DNA of 57,761 bases, taken from contig CAYWBT010000001.1 of assembly GCA_964456585.1 (NCBI GenBank), positions 1-57,761 on the forward strand, read 5' to 3'. This document shows positions 9,151 through 17,647 of the stretch, piece after piece. Position numbers and translations under genes: made by a program. The notes under the pieces are model-generated. The model ran no database searches. It was not told the origin of the DNA and was given only the letters and a program-made list of their open reading frames with translations. Source of the stretch: an uncultured bacterium. GTDB taxonomy: Bacteria; Latescibacterota; Latescibacteria; Latescibacterales; Latescibacteraceae. How positions within the stretch are numbered: the stretch's first letter is position 1; each line of letters begins with the position of its first letter.

Positions 9151-10833
9151 ATGAGAACAACGGCATTATTTCATATTATCCTGACATTCTTTGTCATTCA
9201 CGCATCACCTGCTGATTCCGCATCCTACTGGATCTTTTTCCATGACCGGGGAACGATCGATGTTGATCGTGCCGTTGCCGCAAAAATGGCATCGCCGGGC
9301 GAGCCGAAGTACGCGTGCAGACGGGCCCGCATCATGGGGCGTGAGCGTATTTTCGACGAGCGTGACCTCCCGGTCGATCCGTCCTATGCCGGTACGGTCC
9401 GGGACATCGCCGGCGGGCTCCGGACGGTGACCCGGTACCTGAACGGTGTTTCGGCGGAACTCGATGCGGACGCGCTTGAGCAGGTGCGGAGGCTTCCCTT
9501 TGTACGTGCGGTCATGCCGGTATCCCGGTTTATCCGTTCGCCGGAGCCGGCTGCACGTCCGGCGGTTGAGGAACGAGCGGCACTCTACTCGTACGGGAAC
9601 TCGTTCGATCAACTCAACATGATTAAGGTCATCGACCTGCACAAGATGGGATACTTCGGCAGCGAGATCAGGATCGCAGTGCTCGACAGCGGGTATGATG
9701 GTCTCGAACATACTGCCTTCGACAGCCTCACCGTTACAAACAAGCGGGACTTTGTCGATGGCGACGATGATCCTTCGGGAGACAGCCACGGCACCAAGGT
9801 GCTCTCGGTCATGGCGGCGCTGGACAACGGCAGGATGATCGGTGCTGCGCCCTATGCCACCTATCTGCTCGCCCGCACCGAGATCGTTCAAAATGACCAG
9901 GAACTTCCCATCGAGGAAGACTACTGGGTCAGCGGCATCGAATGGGCCGATAGTCTGGGGACCGACATTGTCTCTACCTCGCTGGGCTATACGACCTTCG
10001 ATGATGGCAGCGGCTACGAGTACGCGGATCTCGACGGGAACACGGCGGTGACCACCATCGCGGCGAACATTGCGGTCGAGCGGGGAATCGTCGTGGTCAC
10101 CTCGGCGGGAAACGAGGGAAGCAAAGACTGGTACTATGTCACCACACCGGCGGACGGTTTCGATGTTATCGCGGTCGGCGGAATCGACCGGAGCGGTGAG
10201 ATCGTTGCCTCGAGTTCACGCGGCCCGACCTATGACGGGAGAATAAAGCCCGATGTGGTCGCTCTCGGCCAGCAGGTTACCGTGGTCAATACTGCTTCTC
10301 GCGACTCCTACACGTCGGGGCAGGGCACATCCTATGCCGCGCCATCTGTCAGCGGAGCTGTCGCCCTCATCCTCGAGGCAAATCCCGCCTGGGGACCGCT
10401 TGAGGTAAAGGAGGCGTTGATCTCGACCGCCTCCCTCGGAAGAGACGGGGCAGATAACACCTACGGGTACGGTATTGTCAACGCGTTTGCGGCATCGGGA
10501 CTCGAAGAGCCTCAGCAGCCGGTGGCGAGGTTTTCCGCCCGCGATCCCTATCCGCAGCCGGTCAGGTTCAGCACCAGCACAAGCATGATCTACTTTCCGG
10601 TTGATCTGCCCACGGCGGGGACGGTTCTGATACACATCTACAACTTCGCCGGCGAGATGGTGAATGTCATCGAAACGAGCTTCCAAAGCGCCGGAAACAA
10701 GCACGACAAGATCGAGGCACCCCACTGGAACGGGACCAATTTCACCGGTGACGATGTCGCTCCGGGTATCTACTACTACACACTGAATTTCGGCAACGGG
10801 GTCAAGAAAGGTAAAATCGCGGTGATACAATGA
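9151..10833 (+). CDS. Secreted subtilisin-like (S8) serine protease with C-terminal T9SS/FlgD-Ig-type sorting domain
   Basis: 560-aa ORF with a signal peptide (MRTTALFHIILTFFVIHASPADS). Catalytic triad motifs are AVLDSGYD, HGTKVLS and GTSYAAPSVSG. The C-terminal ~75 aa (VLIHIYNFAGEMV ... WNGTNFTGDDVAPGIYYYTL ... KGKIAVIQ) match the T9SS C-terminal target / FlgD Ig-like pattern. Confidence 0.88.
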   Translation: MRTTALFHIILTFFVIHASPADSASYWIFFHDRGTIDVDRAVAAKMASPGEPKYACRRARIMGRERIFDERDLPVDPSYAGTVRDIAGGLRTVTRYLNGVSAELDADALEQVRRLPFVRAVMPVSRFIRSPEPAARPAVEERAALYSYGNSFDQLNMIKVIDLHKMGYFGSEIRIAVLDSGYDGLEHTAFDSLTVTNKRDFVDGDDDPSGDSHGTKVLSVMAALDNGRMIGAAPYATYLLARTEIVQNDQELPIEEDYWVSGIEWADSLGTDIVSTSLGYTTFDDGSGYEYADLDGNTAVTTIAANIAVERGIVVVTSAGNEGSKDWYYVTTPADGFDVIAVGGIDRSGEIVASSSRGPTYDGRIKPDVVALGQQVTVVNTASRDSYTSGQGTSYAAPSVSGAVALILEANPAWGPLEVKEALISTASLGRDGADNTYGYGIVNAFAASGLEEPQQPVARFSARDPYPQPVRFSTSTSMIYFPVDLPTAGTVLIHIYNFAGEMVNVIETSFQSAGNKHDKIEAPHWNGTNFTGDDVAPGIYYYTLNFGNGVKKGKIAVIQ

Positions 10834-11366
10834 ACGAGCGCAACGACGAAAAGAAGGAATTCGCCAAGCTCTGGGCTCCCTGGCGAATGAAGTATATCGA
10901 GGGCATCGACACCGATGATGACGGGGAGTGCATTTTCTGCTCCAAACCGGAGGAAGATAACGATGACGCCAATTTCATCGTCCACCGCGGGAAGACATGC
11001 TTCGTTGTCCTGAACATCTTCCCCTACAACAACGGTCACCTCCTCGTCGTGCCCTACCGGCACACGTGCGAACTCTCCGATCTCGATGACGAAACGGTGC
11101 TCGAAATGAACAGCCTCATCGCCACGATTGTCGAAACGATGAAAGAGACTATGCGGCCGGACGGTTTCAACATCGGGATGAATCTGGGACGCTCCGCCGG
11201 GGCAGGCATTACCGATCACCTCCACATCCACATTGTCCCCCGTTGGAACGGCGATACCAACTTCATGCCGGTGATCGGCGGCACCAAGGTCATTTCCGAA
11301 TCGCTCGAGGACAACTACCGGAAGCTGAAGAAATACCTTGCATCGAAGATAACCGCGGATTCCTAA
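10830..11366 (+). CDS. HIT family nucleotide hydrolase/transferase (Ap4A phosphorylase-like)
   Basis: 178-aa ORF with the LWAPWRMKYI N-terminal motif and the histidine triad HLHIHIVPRW. Its ATG overlaps the protease stop (ATGA). Confidence 0.85.
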   Translation: MNERNDEKKEFAKLWAPWRMKYIEGIDTDDDGECIFCSKPEEDNDDANFIVHRGKTCFVVLNIFPYNNGHLLVVPYRHTCELSDLDDETVLEMNSLIATIVETMKETMRPDGFNIGMNLGRSAGAGITDHLHIHIVPRWNGDTNFMPVIGGTKVISESLEDNYRKLKKYLASKITADS

Positions 11367-11504
11367 AACGGTCGCCGGACACACCTGAAAGCGGGTGATA
11401 TCCCGGTACGGTGATCGCCTTACAGTCTAAACCCGTATTCCCCCTATCAAACCTGAAAAAATGCTTTCACAATATGTCATACTAAGTATGCGCTGAACTG
11501 GACG

Positions 11505-11650
11505 CGGCTCCCATGCAGGCATTTCGTCTCCAATCAGGCGAGGCTCTGGTTGTTCGTTCTGGCATACAATCTGGGAAATTTCCTTAGACGCTTGGTTCTT
11601 CCAAAGTAAATAAAACATTGGTCATTTCGCAGTTTCCTCTGGAGACACCT
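11505..11650 (+). pseudogene. Decayed C-terminal fragment of an IS1380-like transposase, copy 2
   Basis: It translates as LPCRHFVSNQARLWLFVLAYNLGNFLRRLVLPK(stop)IKHWSFRSF. At the nucleotide level it is roughly 75-80 percent identical by eye to 6251-6360, in the same orientation. It is truncated on both sides. Confidence 0.55.
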
Positions 11651-11679
11651 ATCTATCGATTTTTTATCAAAACGGCTGG

Positions 11680-12468
11680 TTACATTTTCTTGGATATTTC
11701 ATCATAGTAGTTAACGACACCCTCGGCGAGGTGGGAGGGGATAATCAATATGCCCTCTATCCCAGTGAGCACTACATCGCCAGGAAGTACTGTTACACTA
11801 CCGAGATTAATTGGTGTATTGAGCCCCATGAGCATAACACCTTTCTGGTGTGTGGCAGTCCACCCACGGCATATGCTATTGAATCCTTTAATCTTACGGC
11901 GTATACCGGTCGCATCATGACCACCGCCATTGACGATCAATCCCCTGCATCCTCTTTTGCGCATTTCTAATCCAACGGATTCCCCGGCTACCGGACCATT
12001 TTCAATTTTTCCGAACATATCAACTACGACGACATCCCCATCCACAAGTGTATTCACAATCGGGGAAATATATCCCCCTCCTTTGACAATATTTTTGTAT
12101 CGTTCTTTGTTGACAGCATCCACATCGGGTCGGATCGGCATATAATAGGCGGTGACCGCTCTACCAACCATGATCGGATTATCATGGCTTCGGTACCAGA
12201 TACCACCCTCGAACTGATTTTCATGGCCATGTTCTGAACGGATGTAATCCATGGCATCGTCAATAGGGACTTCTTTCATACGCTCCAAAATCTCATCGGA
12301 CACTTTCGGTCGGCCGTCTGGGAATCGTTTACCTTGCCATAACGAAGTATAAGCAATAAGATCCTCTTTTGTGAAAACACCAACTTGAGCTACGGCATCA
12401 ACAACAAATAATACAGATAAGATTGCAGTTACAACAAAAACCAAGAATTGTTGAGTTTTATACATCAT
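11680..12468 (-). CDS. RraA-family (RraA / HMG-CHA aldolase-like) protein with N-terminal signal peptide
   Basis: 262-aa ORF. Signal peptide MMYKTQQFLVFVVTAILSVLFVVDAVAQ. The core GDVVVVDMFGK...GPVAGESVGLEMRKRGCRGLIVNGGGHD matches the RraA-fold signature (GDV.V.D ... G....... G.. G.V..G..RD), with the terminal RD changed to HD. Confidence 0.65.
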   Translation of the reverse strand: MMYKTQQFLVFVVTAILSVLFVVDAVAQVGVFTKEDLIAYTSLWQGKRFPDGRPKVSDEILERMKEVPIDDAMDYIRSEHGHENQFEGGIWYRSHDNPIMVGRAVTAYYMPIRPDVDAVNKERYKNIVKGGGYISPIVNTLVDGDVVVVDMFGKIENGPVAGESVGLEMRKRGCRGLIVNGGGHDATGIRRKIKGFNSICRGWTATHQKGVMLMGLNTPINLGSVTVLPGDVVLTGIEGILIIPSHLAEGVVNYYDEISKKM

Positions 12469-12544
12469 TATAACGATAACGCTCCTTTCATGTGCTAATT
12501 CGATGTTTCATGTACATCGTCAATAGCTTTGGTAGTTTTAACCG

Positions 12545-12587
12545 ATATTCCCCAGCTATGATAAAAGTCAAGGGACAAAATTTTATA
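12545..12587 (-). promoter_or_regulatory. Conserved promoter-like module upstream of the RraA-like gene
   Basis: On the coding strand it reads TATAAAATTTTGTCCCTTGACTTTTATCATAGCTGGGGAATAT (-35-like TTGACT, -10-like AATAT about 16-17 nt downstream). It is about 80 percent identical to 17032-17074, which lies upstream of the tandem bicupin gene. Confidence 0.4.
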
Positions 12588-12963
12588 TTTCAAATGATAC
12601 TATCACTCAAGTTACTTGCCCGTTTTGTGAAATCAAAAGTTTTTCTTTTCCATTTGCGTCAATGAAGTATATCGAACAGCCAGATTTGCCAGATACGGTA
12701 TCTCCATATACAACCGTTAAATTGCCTTTCCCAAAATCAAGTGGTTTTCGGAGATACTCGCCCGGATTGAACGATTACGATTCAATCCTGCATAATACCA
12801 CTGTTTTTGACTGATTCAAGGGACAGATGTCTCTAACCATGGATATTACAGTACTTATCAAGCATGCGTGCTACAAAATTAAACGATCAGAATACCGAAA
12901 TGTTTGCAAAATTATTCAGTTTATGATATACTGGTTTTTCAAGAAGATTCTTGGAAAATTAAA

Positions 12964-12992
12964 CAGCTTATGATTTTGATATAGGGAATATT
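12964..12992 (+). promoter_or_regulatory. Weaker copy of the same module upstream of the 13038 bicupin gene
   Basis: CAGCTTATGATTTTGATATAGGGAATAT resembles the TGACTTTTATCATAGCTGGGGAATAT core. It has the same orientation relative to its gene and lies about 45 nt upstream of the ATG. Confidence 0.3.
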
Positions 12993-13037
12993 CACTGAAA
13001 CCACAGAAAGTCGGGTGGAAATTCAAGGAGGGGCGGT

Positions 13038-13958
13038 ATGAAGAATTTTCGGCGCATTTTTGGACACATTTTCTTGGGCGTGATCAGTTTGGCCGCTTGT
13101 TTGACTGTCGCGGATGCACAGGAGGCGGATACTGTATACAGACTGGAAACCCGGCCCTATGACCCGGAACTCGATGCAAATATCGACATGTATATATCCA
13201 ACTGGCGCGACGCGACTGCGATCAGGACTCACGGGTGTCTTGTGGAGCGCGAGATATTAACGCATGGCGATCCGAATCATCCCCGGCGAAAAGGGGCGGT
13301 ACTGAAATATGTCAACCGTTTCTCCTACGCGACGCTTTACGCCAGAAACGAAACCACACCGTTCACACCGGAAGGCGAGCAGGAAATATTCTATATCACC
13401 TCGGGAACAGGACAGGTCCGGTCGGAAAAAACAACGGCTGTCCTCTCGACGGGCATTTTCGTCCTTGTTCCAGACGGAGTTGCATTTACCATGGAAAACA
13501 CCGGCGACGAGCCGCTTTCCATGTATGTAATAGTCGAACCCATCACCCGTGAGGACTTCACGCCGCATGACGATATCAAGGTGGTTGACGAGAACAAACT
13601 GCCGATACTGACAACAACCGGCCATTGGTCGATGATTATCAAGCAGGCATATAAACTCACGGACGACCTCTCAATAATCGAATACGTCAACACGATTACA
13701 TTCGATCCCATGACCATCGGGCATCCCCATGCCCATGTTGACGGGTGCGAGGAAGTCTGGACCGAGGTCGAAGGCGAGAGCATTCTTTTTCTGGGCAAGC
13801 AGGTCCGCATGCAGCCGCCGGGAACCGCCTATCTGTGTCCGCCCTATGGGAACTGTACCCACTCGAACATCAACGTTACCGATGCCCCGGTCAAACTGCT
13901 GTACTTCGCCGTGCGAAACGACTGGTCCGAAAGTGACGGGATAAAAAGGGTGAAATAA
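13038..13958 (+). CDS. Secreted bicupin protein (one degenerate plus one metal-binding cupin)
   Basis: 306-aa ORF preceded by an AGGAGG RBS. Signal peptide ends ...LTVADAQE. The second cupin has GHPHAHVDGCEEVW (H.H...E) and PPYGNCTHSNIN (P.G..H...N) metal-ligand motifs. It is a paralog of both halves of 15248..17005. Confidence 0.75.
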   Translation: MKNFRRIFGHIFLGVISLAACLTVADAQEADTVYRLETRPYDPELDANIDMYISNWRDATAIRTHGCLVEREILTHGDPNHPRRKGAVLKYVNRFSYATLYARNETTPFTPEGEQEIFYITSGTGQVRSEKTTAVLSTGIFVLVPDGVAFTMENTGDEPLSMYVIVEPITREDFTPHDDIKVVDENKLPILTTTGHWSMIIKQAYKLTDDLSIIEYVNTITFDPMTIGHPHAHVDGCEEVWTEVEGESILFLGKQVRMQPPGTAYLCPPYGNCTHSNINVTDAPVKLLYFAVRNDWSESDGIKRVK

Positions 13959-14050
13959 GGGATCATTTTTAGAGGCAATACTATGGACAGGTCATTACTG
14001 AATTGCCGCCAGACAACGGTGAAGGGAGATTACCCGTGTATCGTTCCAAA

Positions 14051-14977
14051 ATGAAAAGAAATCCCGTCTTAATATTATTTTTCTTATCGGCTTGTCTTTA
14101 TGGCGGCACCATTTCGGCGCAGGAGACACAATCATTCACGATGAATCCGGTTGGGCCGGAAGCATTCGAGATCATACTTCAATCATACGAATACGACAAA
14201 GACATGCCTCTCAACACGGAAATAACCGAAATCTGCGACTCTGACAATTGTACCCGCAAAAAGTTCGTTTTCGACGGTATGCATGACAGCCGCGTTCCCG
14301 GATACCTGGCAATACCGAAACAGGGGGATGGACCCTTCCCCTGTATAATTCTGCTGCACGGACACACGGGCAACAAGGATGAATGGTGGCGGGACGACAG
14401 TTTTTACAAGGGGGGTCTGGTTACGAAAGCTTTCCTTTCAAATGGTTTTGCTGTGCTGGCCCTCGACGCGGCGTATCATGGAGAACGAATCCCTGGGGAC
14501 GAATCTCTCAAACCCGGGGAGCTCCGTAAACGAGGATGGCACAACAGATCGGTCGATATGATCGTTCAGTCGGTTACGGAATACCGCCGCGCAATCGATT
14601 ATCTGGAAACCCGTCCCGAAATCGATACGACCCGTCTCGGTGTGCATGGATACAGCATGGGCGGAATGATGGCTTTTCTCCTGACGGGGACCGATGGCCG
14701 CATTAAAGTAACCGTATCATGCGTCACGTGGAACTGGGACAATCCCATCGGCAAATATCAGCTTATCGCACCCTATAATTTCGCCCGGGCGATCGGAGAC
14801 CGTCCATTCCTCATGATGATGGGCCAGTCCGATCCACTCCTGCCTGCCGAAGCCGCTAAACGGCTTTACGGGCTTGTGGAGAAACAATCCACCAGTTTTA
14901 TCATGTTCGACTGCGGACATCAGCTTCCGACAGACTATATCGGAAAATCGCTCGGCTGGTTTCAAAAGTACTTATAA
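14051..14977 (+). CDS. Secreted alpha/beta hydrolase (dienelactone hydrolase / acetyl-xylan-esterase-like)
   Basis: The start at 14051 (MKRNPVLILFFLSACLYGG) gives a signal or lipoprotein-type leader. Nucleophile elbow GVHGYSMGG, oxyanion region IILLHGHTG, C-terminal His in FDCGHQLP. Confidence 0.8.
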   Translation: MKRNPVLILFFLSACLYGGTISAQETQSFTMNPVGPEAFEIILQSYEYDKDMPLNTEITEICDSDNCTRKKFVFDGMHDSRVPGYLAIPKQGDGPFPCIILLHGHTGNKDEWWRDDSFYKGGLVTKAFLSNGFAVLALDAAYHGERIPGDESLKPGELRKRGWHNRSVDMIVQSVTEYRRAIDYLETRPEIDTTRLGVHGYSMGGMMAFLLTGTDGRIKVTVSCVTWNWDNPIGKYQLIAPYNFARAIGDRPFLMMMGQSDPLLPAEAAKRLYGLVEKQSTSFIMFDCGHQLPTDYIGKSLGWFQKYL

Positions 14978-15081
14978 AATGGATTGCGTGATACATGTTT
15001 ATTCCATAGATGGTGAGGTCAAATATCGCCGGGTGGGGCGGGCGGCACGGTTCACTCCACCGTATCGTAAATCCATTCGCG

Positions 15082-15231
15082 CTACTGGTCGATGTTTTTG
15101 TTCAGCCTGTATTTTTTGATGTGACTGCGGTAATCGGGGCCGGTCACCTCAATTTTCGAGAGATCGTCCGTTCCCAGACCGGCGTTCGCACACCACTGAA
15201 GGTATTTAAGCTCGCTGTAGTCGATTCCCAT
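15082..15231 (-). pseudogene. C-terminal remnant of a DUF362-type protein
   Basis: A 49-codon ORF, MGIDYSELKYLQWCANAGLGTDDLSKIEVTGPDYRSH..., looks like the conserved C-terminal end of DUF362 proteins (MG.D....yL..A...GLG..dl..IeV.G). The upstream part is missing and the remnant abuts the stop of the 15248..17005 gene. Confidence 0.4.
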
Positions 15232-15247
15232 TTAAACCATAAATCAT

Positions 15248-17005
15248 TCACTCTTTGACAGTAAGGCTCTCTATAACATCCTTACTTGCCTCTATTCGTT
15301 CTTTGTTATAACGGTTACCCATGTATATCATCAGCATCTCTTCGTCAGTTGAATTAATGGTGCAATGGGGAACCTTGAAAGTCGGTTGGACAAGAAATGC
15401 TTCCCCCTCTTCCTGCCAGCGAAGGTGTTTGCCGAAAAAGAGAAGTGATTTACCTTTCAACTGGAACCATATTTCTTCGAGGTCATCCGGGCATGTATGA
15501 GGGTGAGCGATATTAAACGCATCAAACGTTATTACACCCATACTAATGGAATTTGCGAATTTCGGACCGGCGAAAATGCTCCGGTGAATGTGCGCCCAGT
15601 GCCAGCCGCTGCCGACACCGGAATCATGGTAATTCCCAACAATCATTTCGTTCATGGGTTCGAATCCATCATAGATTCCTTCCACCATTATTAGCATTTC
15701 CAGAGCCGTATCATCTGAAGTATTGAAAAACTGATATTCGAGCTGAGCCGGTATGAAAATCCCTGTGCCGTCGCTCAGTTCAGCAGTTTCACCACCGGCT
15801 TCGACCTTGCCTTTTCCTTTTATTACAAAGAAAATTACCTGCTCTTTTTCATGGACAGTCGGCTGCGTTCTGCACTTCGTACTTAAGACGCCGTGATTGT
15901 AAGCTTTGAGAATTTTCAATACTGCACCTGGTCTGGGTGGATTCAAAGGGTCACCGGGGAAAAGAATTTCCCGTTCAATAAATCCTCCATGCCCGATATG
16001 CTGATGCGAATCTTTCCATGAACGTTTATAGAGATCGATGTTGACATCCGTTTCAGGATTACGGCGCCCCCAATCGGAAAACTCCTCAAAAGAAGGGTAC
16101 GTATTCAGGCTTTTGCTTTTTGCGGACTTTTGTTGATCATGTCGGATGCTGAGATGCAGCCACAACATGGGCTTATTTGTATGGTTAATGGAAGAGTGCG
16201 GTACCCTGCCGTTCGGCGGAACGAGAAATGCCTCACCAACTTTTTGATATCGTAGGTGTTTACCGAAAAGGAGTAAACTTTCACCTCTCAACTGATACCA
16301 TATATCCTCTGTTCCTTCCCTGTGAACATGAGGATGGGCAATATCGAATGCATCTATGGAAACAACGGAAAACTCTATGGGATTCGCGAATTTTGCATCT
16401 TGTGCAATATTTCGGATTACATAGGCCCAGTGCCATCCTGTTTTCGGGAAGACGTCATTATAATTTTCAACCTCCATCTCTATCATGGGCATGAATCCAT
16501 CAGGAATGTCCTCGACAACAATGACCATTTCAAGGGAAGTTTCCGAAGTATTGTAGAACTGATACTCGAGCTTAGCCGGAATAAATATACCTGATCCCTC
16601 GAAAATTTCAGCTTTTTTCCCTCCGGCTTCAACCCTTCCGGCTCCTTTTGTCACGAAAAAAAACACTTGTTCCTTTTCATGGACAGTCGGCTGCGTCTTG
16701 CAATTTCCACTCAAAATCCCATGATTGTACTCCTTAATATACTTCAGTACTGCACCTGGTCTGGGTGGATTCAAGGGATTACCGAGAAAAAGAATTTCCC
16801 GTTCAATAAATCCTCCATGCCCGATATGCTGATGCGAATCTTTCCATGAACGTTTATAGAGATCGATGTCGGTATCCGTGTCAGGATATCGCTGGTTATA
16901 CTTTGATAGTTCATAAAATGAAGGCCGTTCCGTCTGATTTTCACCTGAAACCGGACAACTGAAAAAGAAAGCAAAAACCGCCGTAATCAAAAGAAATCTC
17001 TTCAT
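15248..17005 (-). CDS. Secreted tandem double-bicupin protein (two ~276-aa bicupin modules fused)
   Basis: 585-aa ORF with leader MKRFLLITAVFAFFFSCPVSG (lipobox-like FFSC). The two halves are clearly homologous: both contain DIDLYKRSWKDSHQHIGHGGFIEREILF, NPPRPGAVLK, TQPTVHEKEQV, and AHPH...E / P...VPH..IN metal motifs. Confidence 0.82.
   Translation of the reverse strand: MKRFLLITAVFAFFFSCPVSGENQTERPSFYELSKYNQRYPDTDTDIDLYKRSWKDSHQHIGHGGFIEREILFLGNPLNPPRPGAVLKYIKEYNHGILSGNCKTQPTVHEKEQVFFFVTKGAGRVEAGGKKAEIFEGSGIFIPAKLEYQFYNTSETSLEMVIVVEDIPDGFMPMIEMEVENYNDVFPKTGWHWAYVIRNIAQDAKFANPIEFSVVSIDAFDIAHPHVHREGTEDIWYQLRGESLLLFGKHLRYQKVGEAFLVPPNGRVPHSSINHTNKPMLWLHLSIRHDQQKSAKSKSLNTYPSFEEFSDWGRRNPETDVNIDLYKRSWKDSHQHIGHGGFIEREILFPGDPLNPPRPGAVLKILKAYNHGVLSTKCRTQPTVHEKEQVIFFVIKGKGKVEAGGETAELSDGTGIFIPAQLEYQFFNTSDDTALEMLIMVEGIYDGFEPMNEMIVGNYHDSGVGSGWHWAHIHRSIFAGPKFANSISMGVITFDAFNIAHPHTCPDDLEEIWFQLKGKSLLFFGKHLRWQEEGEAFLVQPTFKVPHCTINSTDEEMLMIYMGNRYNKERIEASKDVIESLTVKE
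15921..16040 (-). repeat. Near-identical nucleotide block, copy A of the intragenic duplication
   Basis: 15921-16040 matches 16749-16868 at an offset of 828 nt (276 codons, in frame). The stretch 15961-16040 reads identically to 16789-16868 by eye. Confidence 0.85.
16749..16868 (-). repeat. Near-identical nucleotide block, copy B of the intragenic duplication
   Basis: See copy A. The flanking parts of the two modules are much more diverged. Confidence 0.85.
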
Positions 17006-17031
17006 TTATACTCTCCCGTAGTAAGTAATCC

Positions 17032-17074
17032 TATATTTCCAGCTATGATAAAAAGTCTAAGGATCAAATATTAT
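17032..17074 (-). promoter_or_regulatory. Conserved promoter-like module upstream of the tandem bicupin gene
   Basis: On the coding strand it reads TATAATATTTGATCCTTAGACTTTTTATCATAGCTGGAAATAT, about 27 nt upstream of the ATG at 17005. It is homologous to 12545-12587. Confidence 0.4.
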
Positions 17075-17647
17075 AGAGGCTTCTCTATCACATGATTTAT
17101 GATTCTTCTCAAAGGGTAGCCTCTTCTTGTCTAGCCCGTAACCATTCTATACAATAGTATCATATAAAATTTATAAGCAGTTAAATTCTTCACAATCTTG
17201 TTGATAATTAAATATTACCTCTTCCAAGTTCTTATGCAAGTTTTTCTGTATTCACTTCTTAATTTTTTTTAATAATACGCTTGAAAAACAATGAAATACT
17301 TCATTTTAGAGACACGTATCCATTAAATTTCTAACAGCAACATAGTTAAACAGAATAGCATCGCGTTATTCTTTGATGTATTGCCATAGGTTCGGTTTAG
17401 CCGTAGGACAGGTGTCTCTCCTTGTCGTATTTAGCATGTAAACCCTTGATAATACTCTGTTAGCAGGTCTTTTTAAGCCGAAATATGCTTAAAAAATAGC
17501 TTGCTTCAAGTCTAGAAAAATGAATATATTAAACTACAAATCGTCTTAAATCTAACTATACTTAACATGATTTTGAGATGAAAAATATCGATGTTGTTGT
17601 TTTTTTAAGCTCTTGTTTTTTAAATATGAAATGGACATAACAATCGT

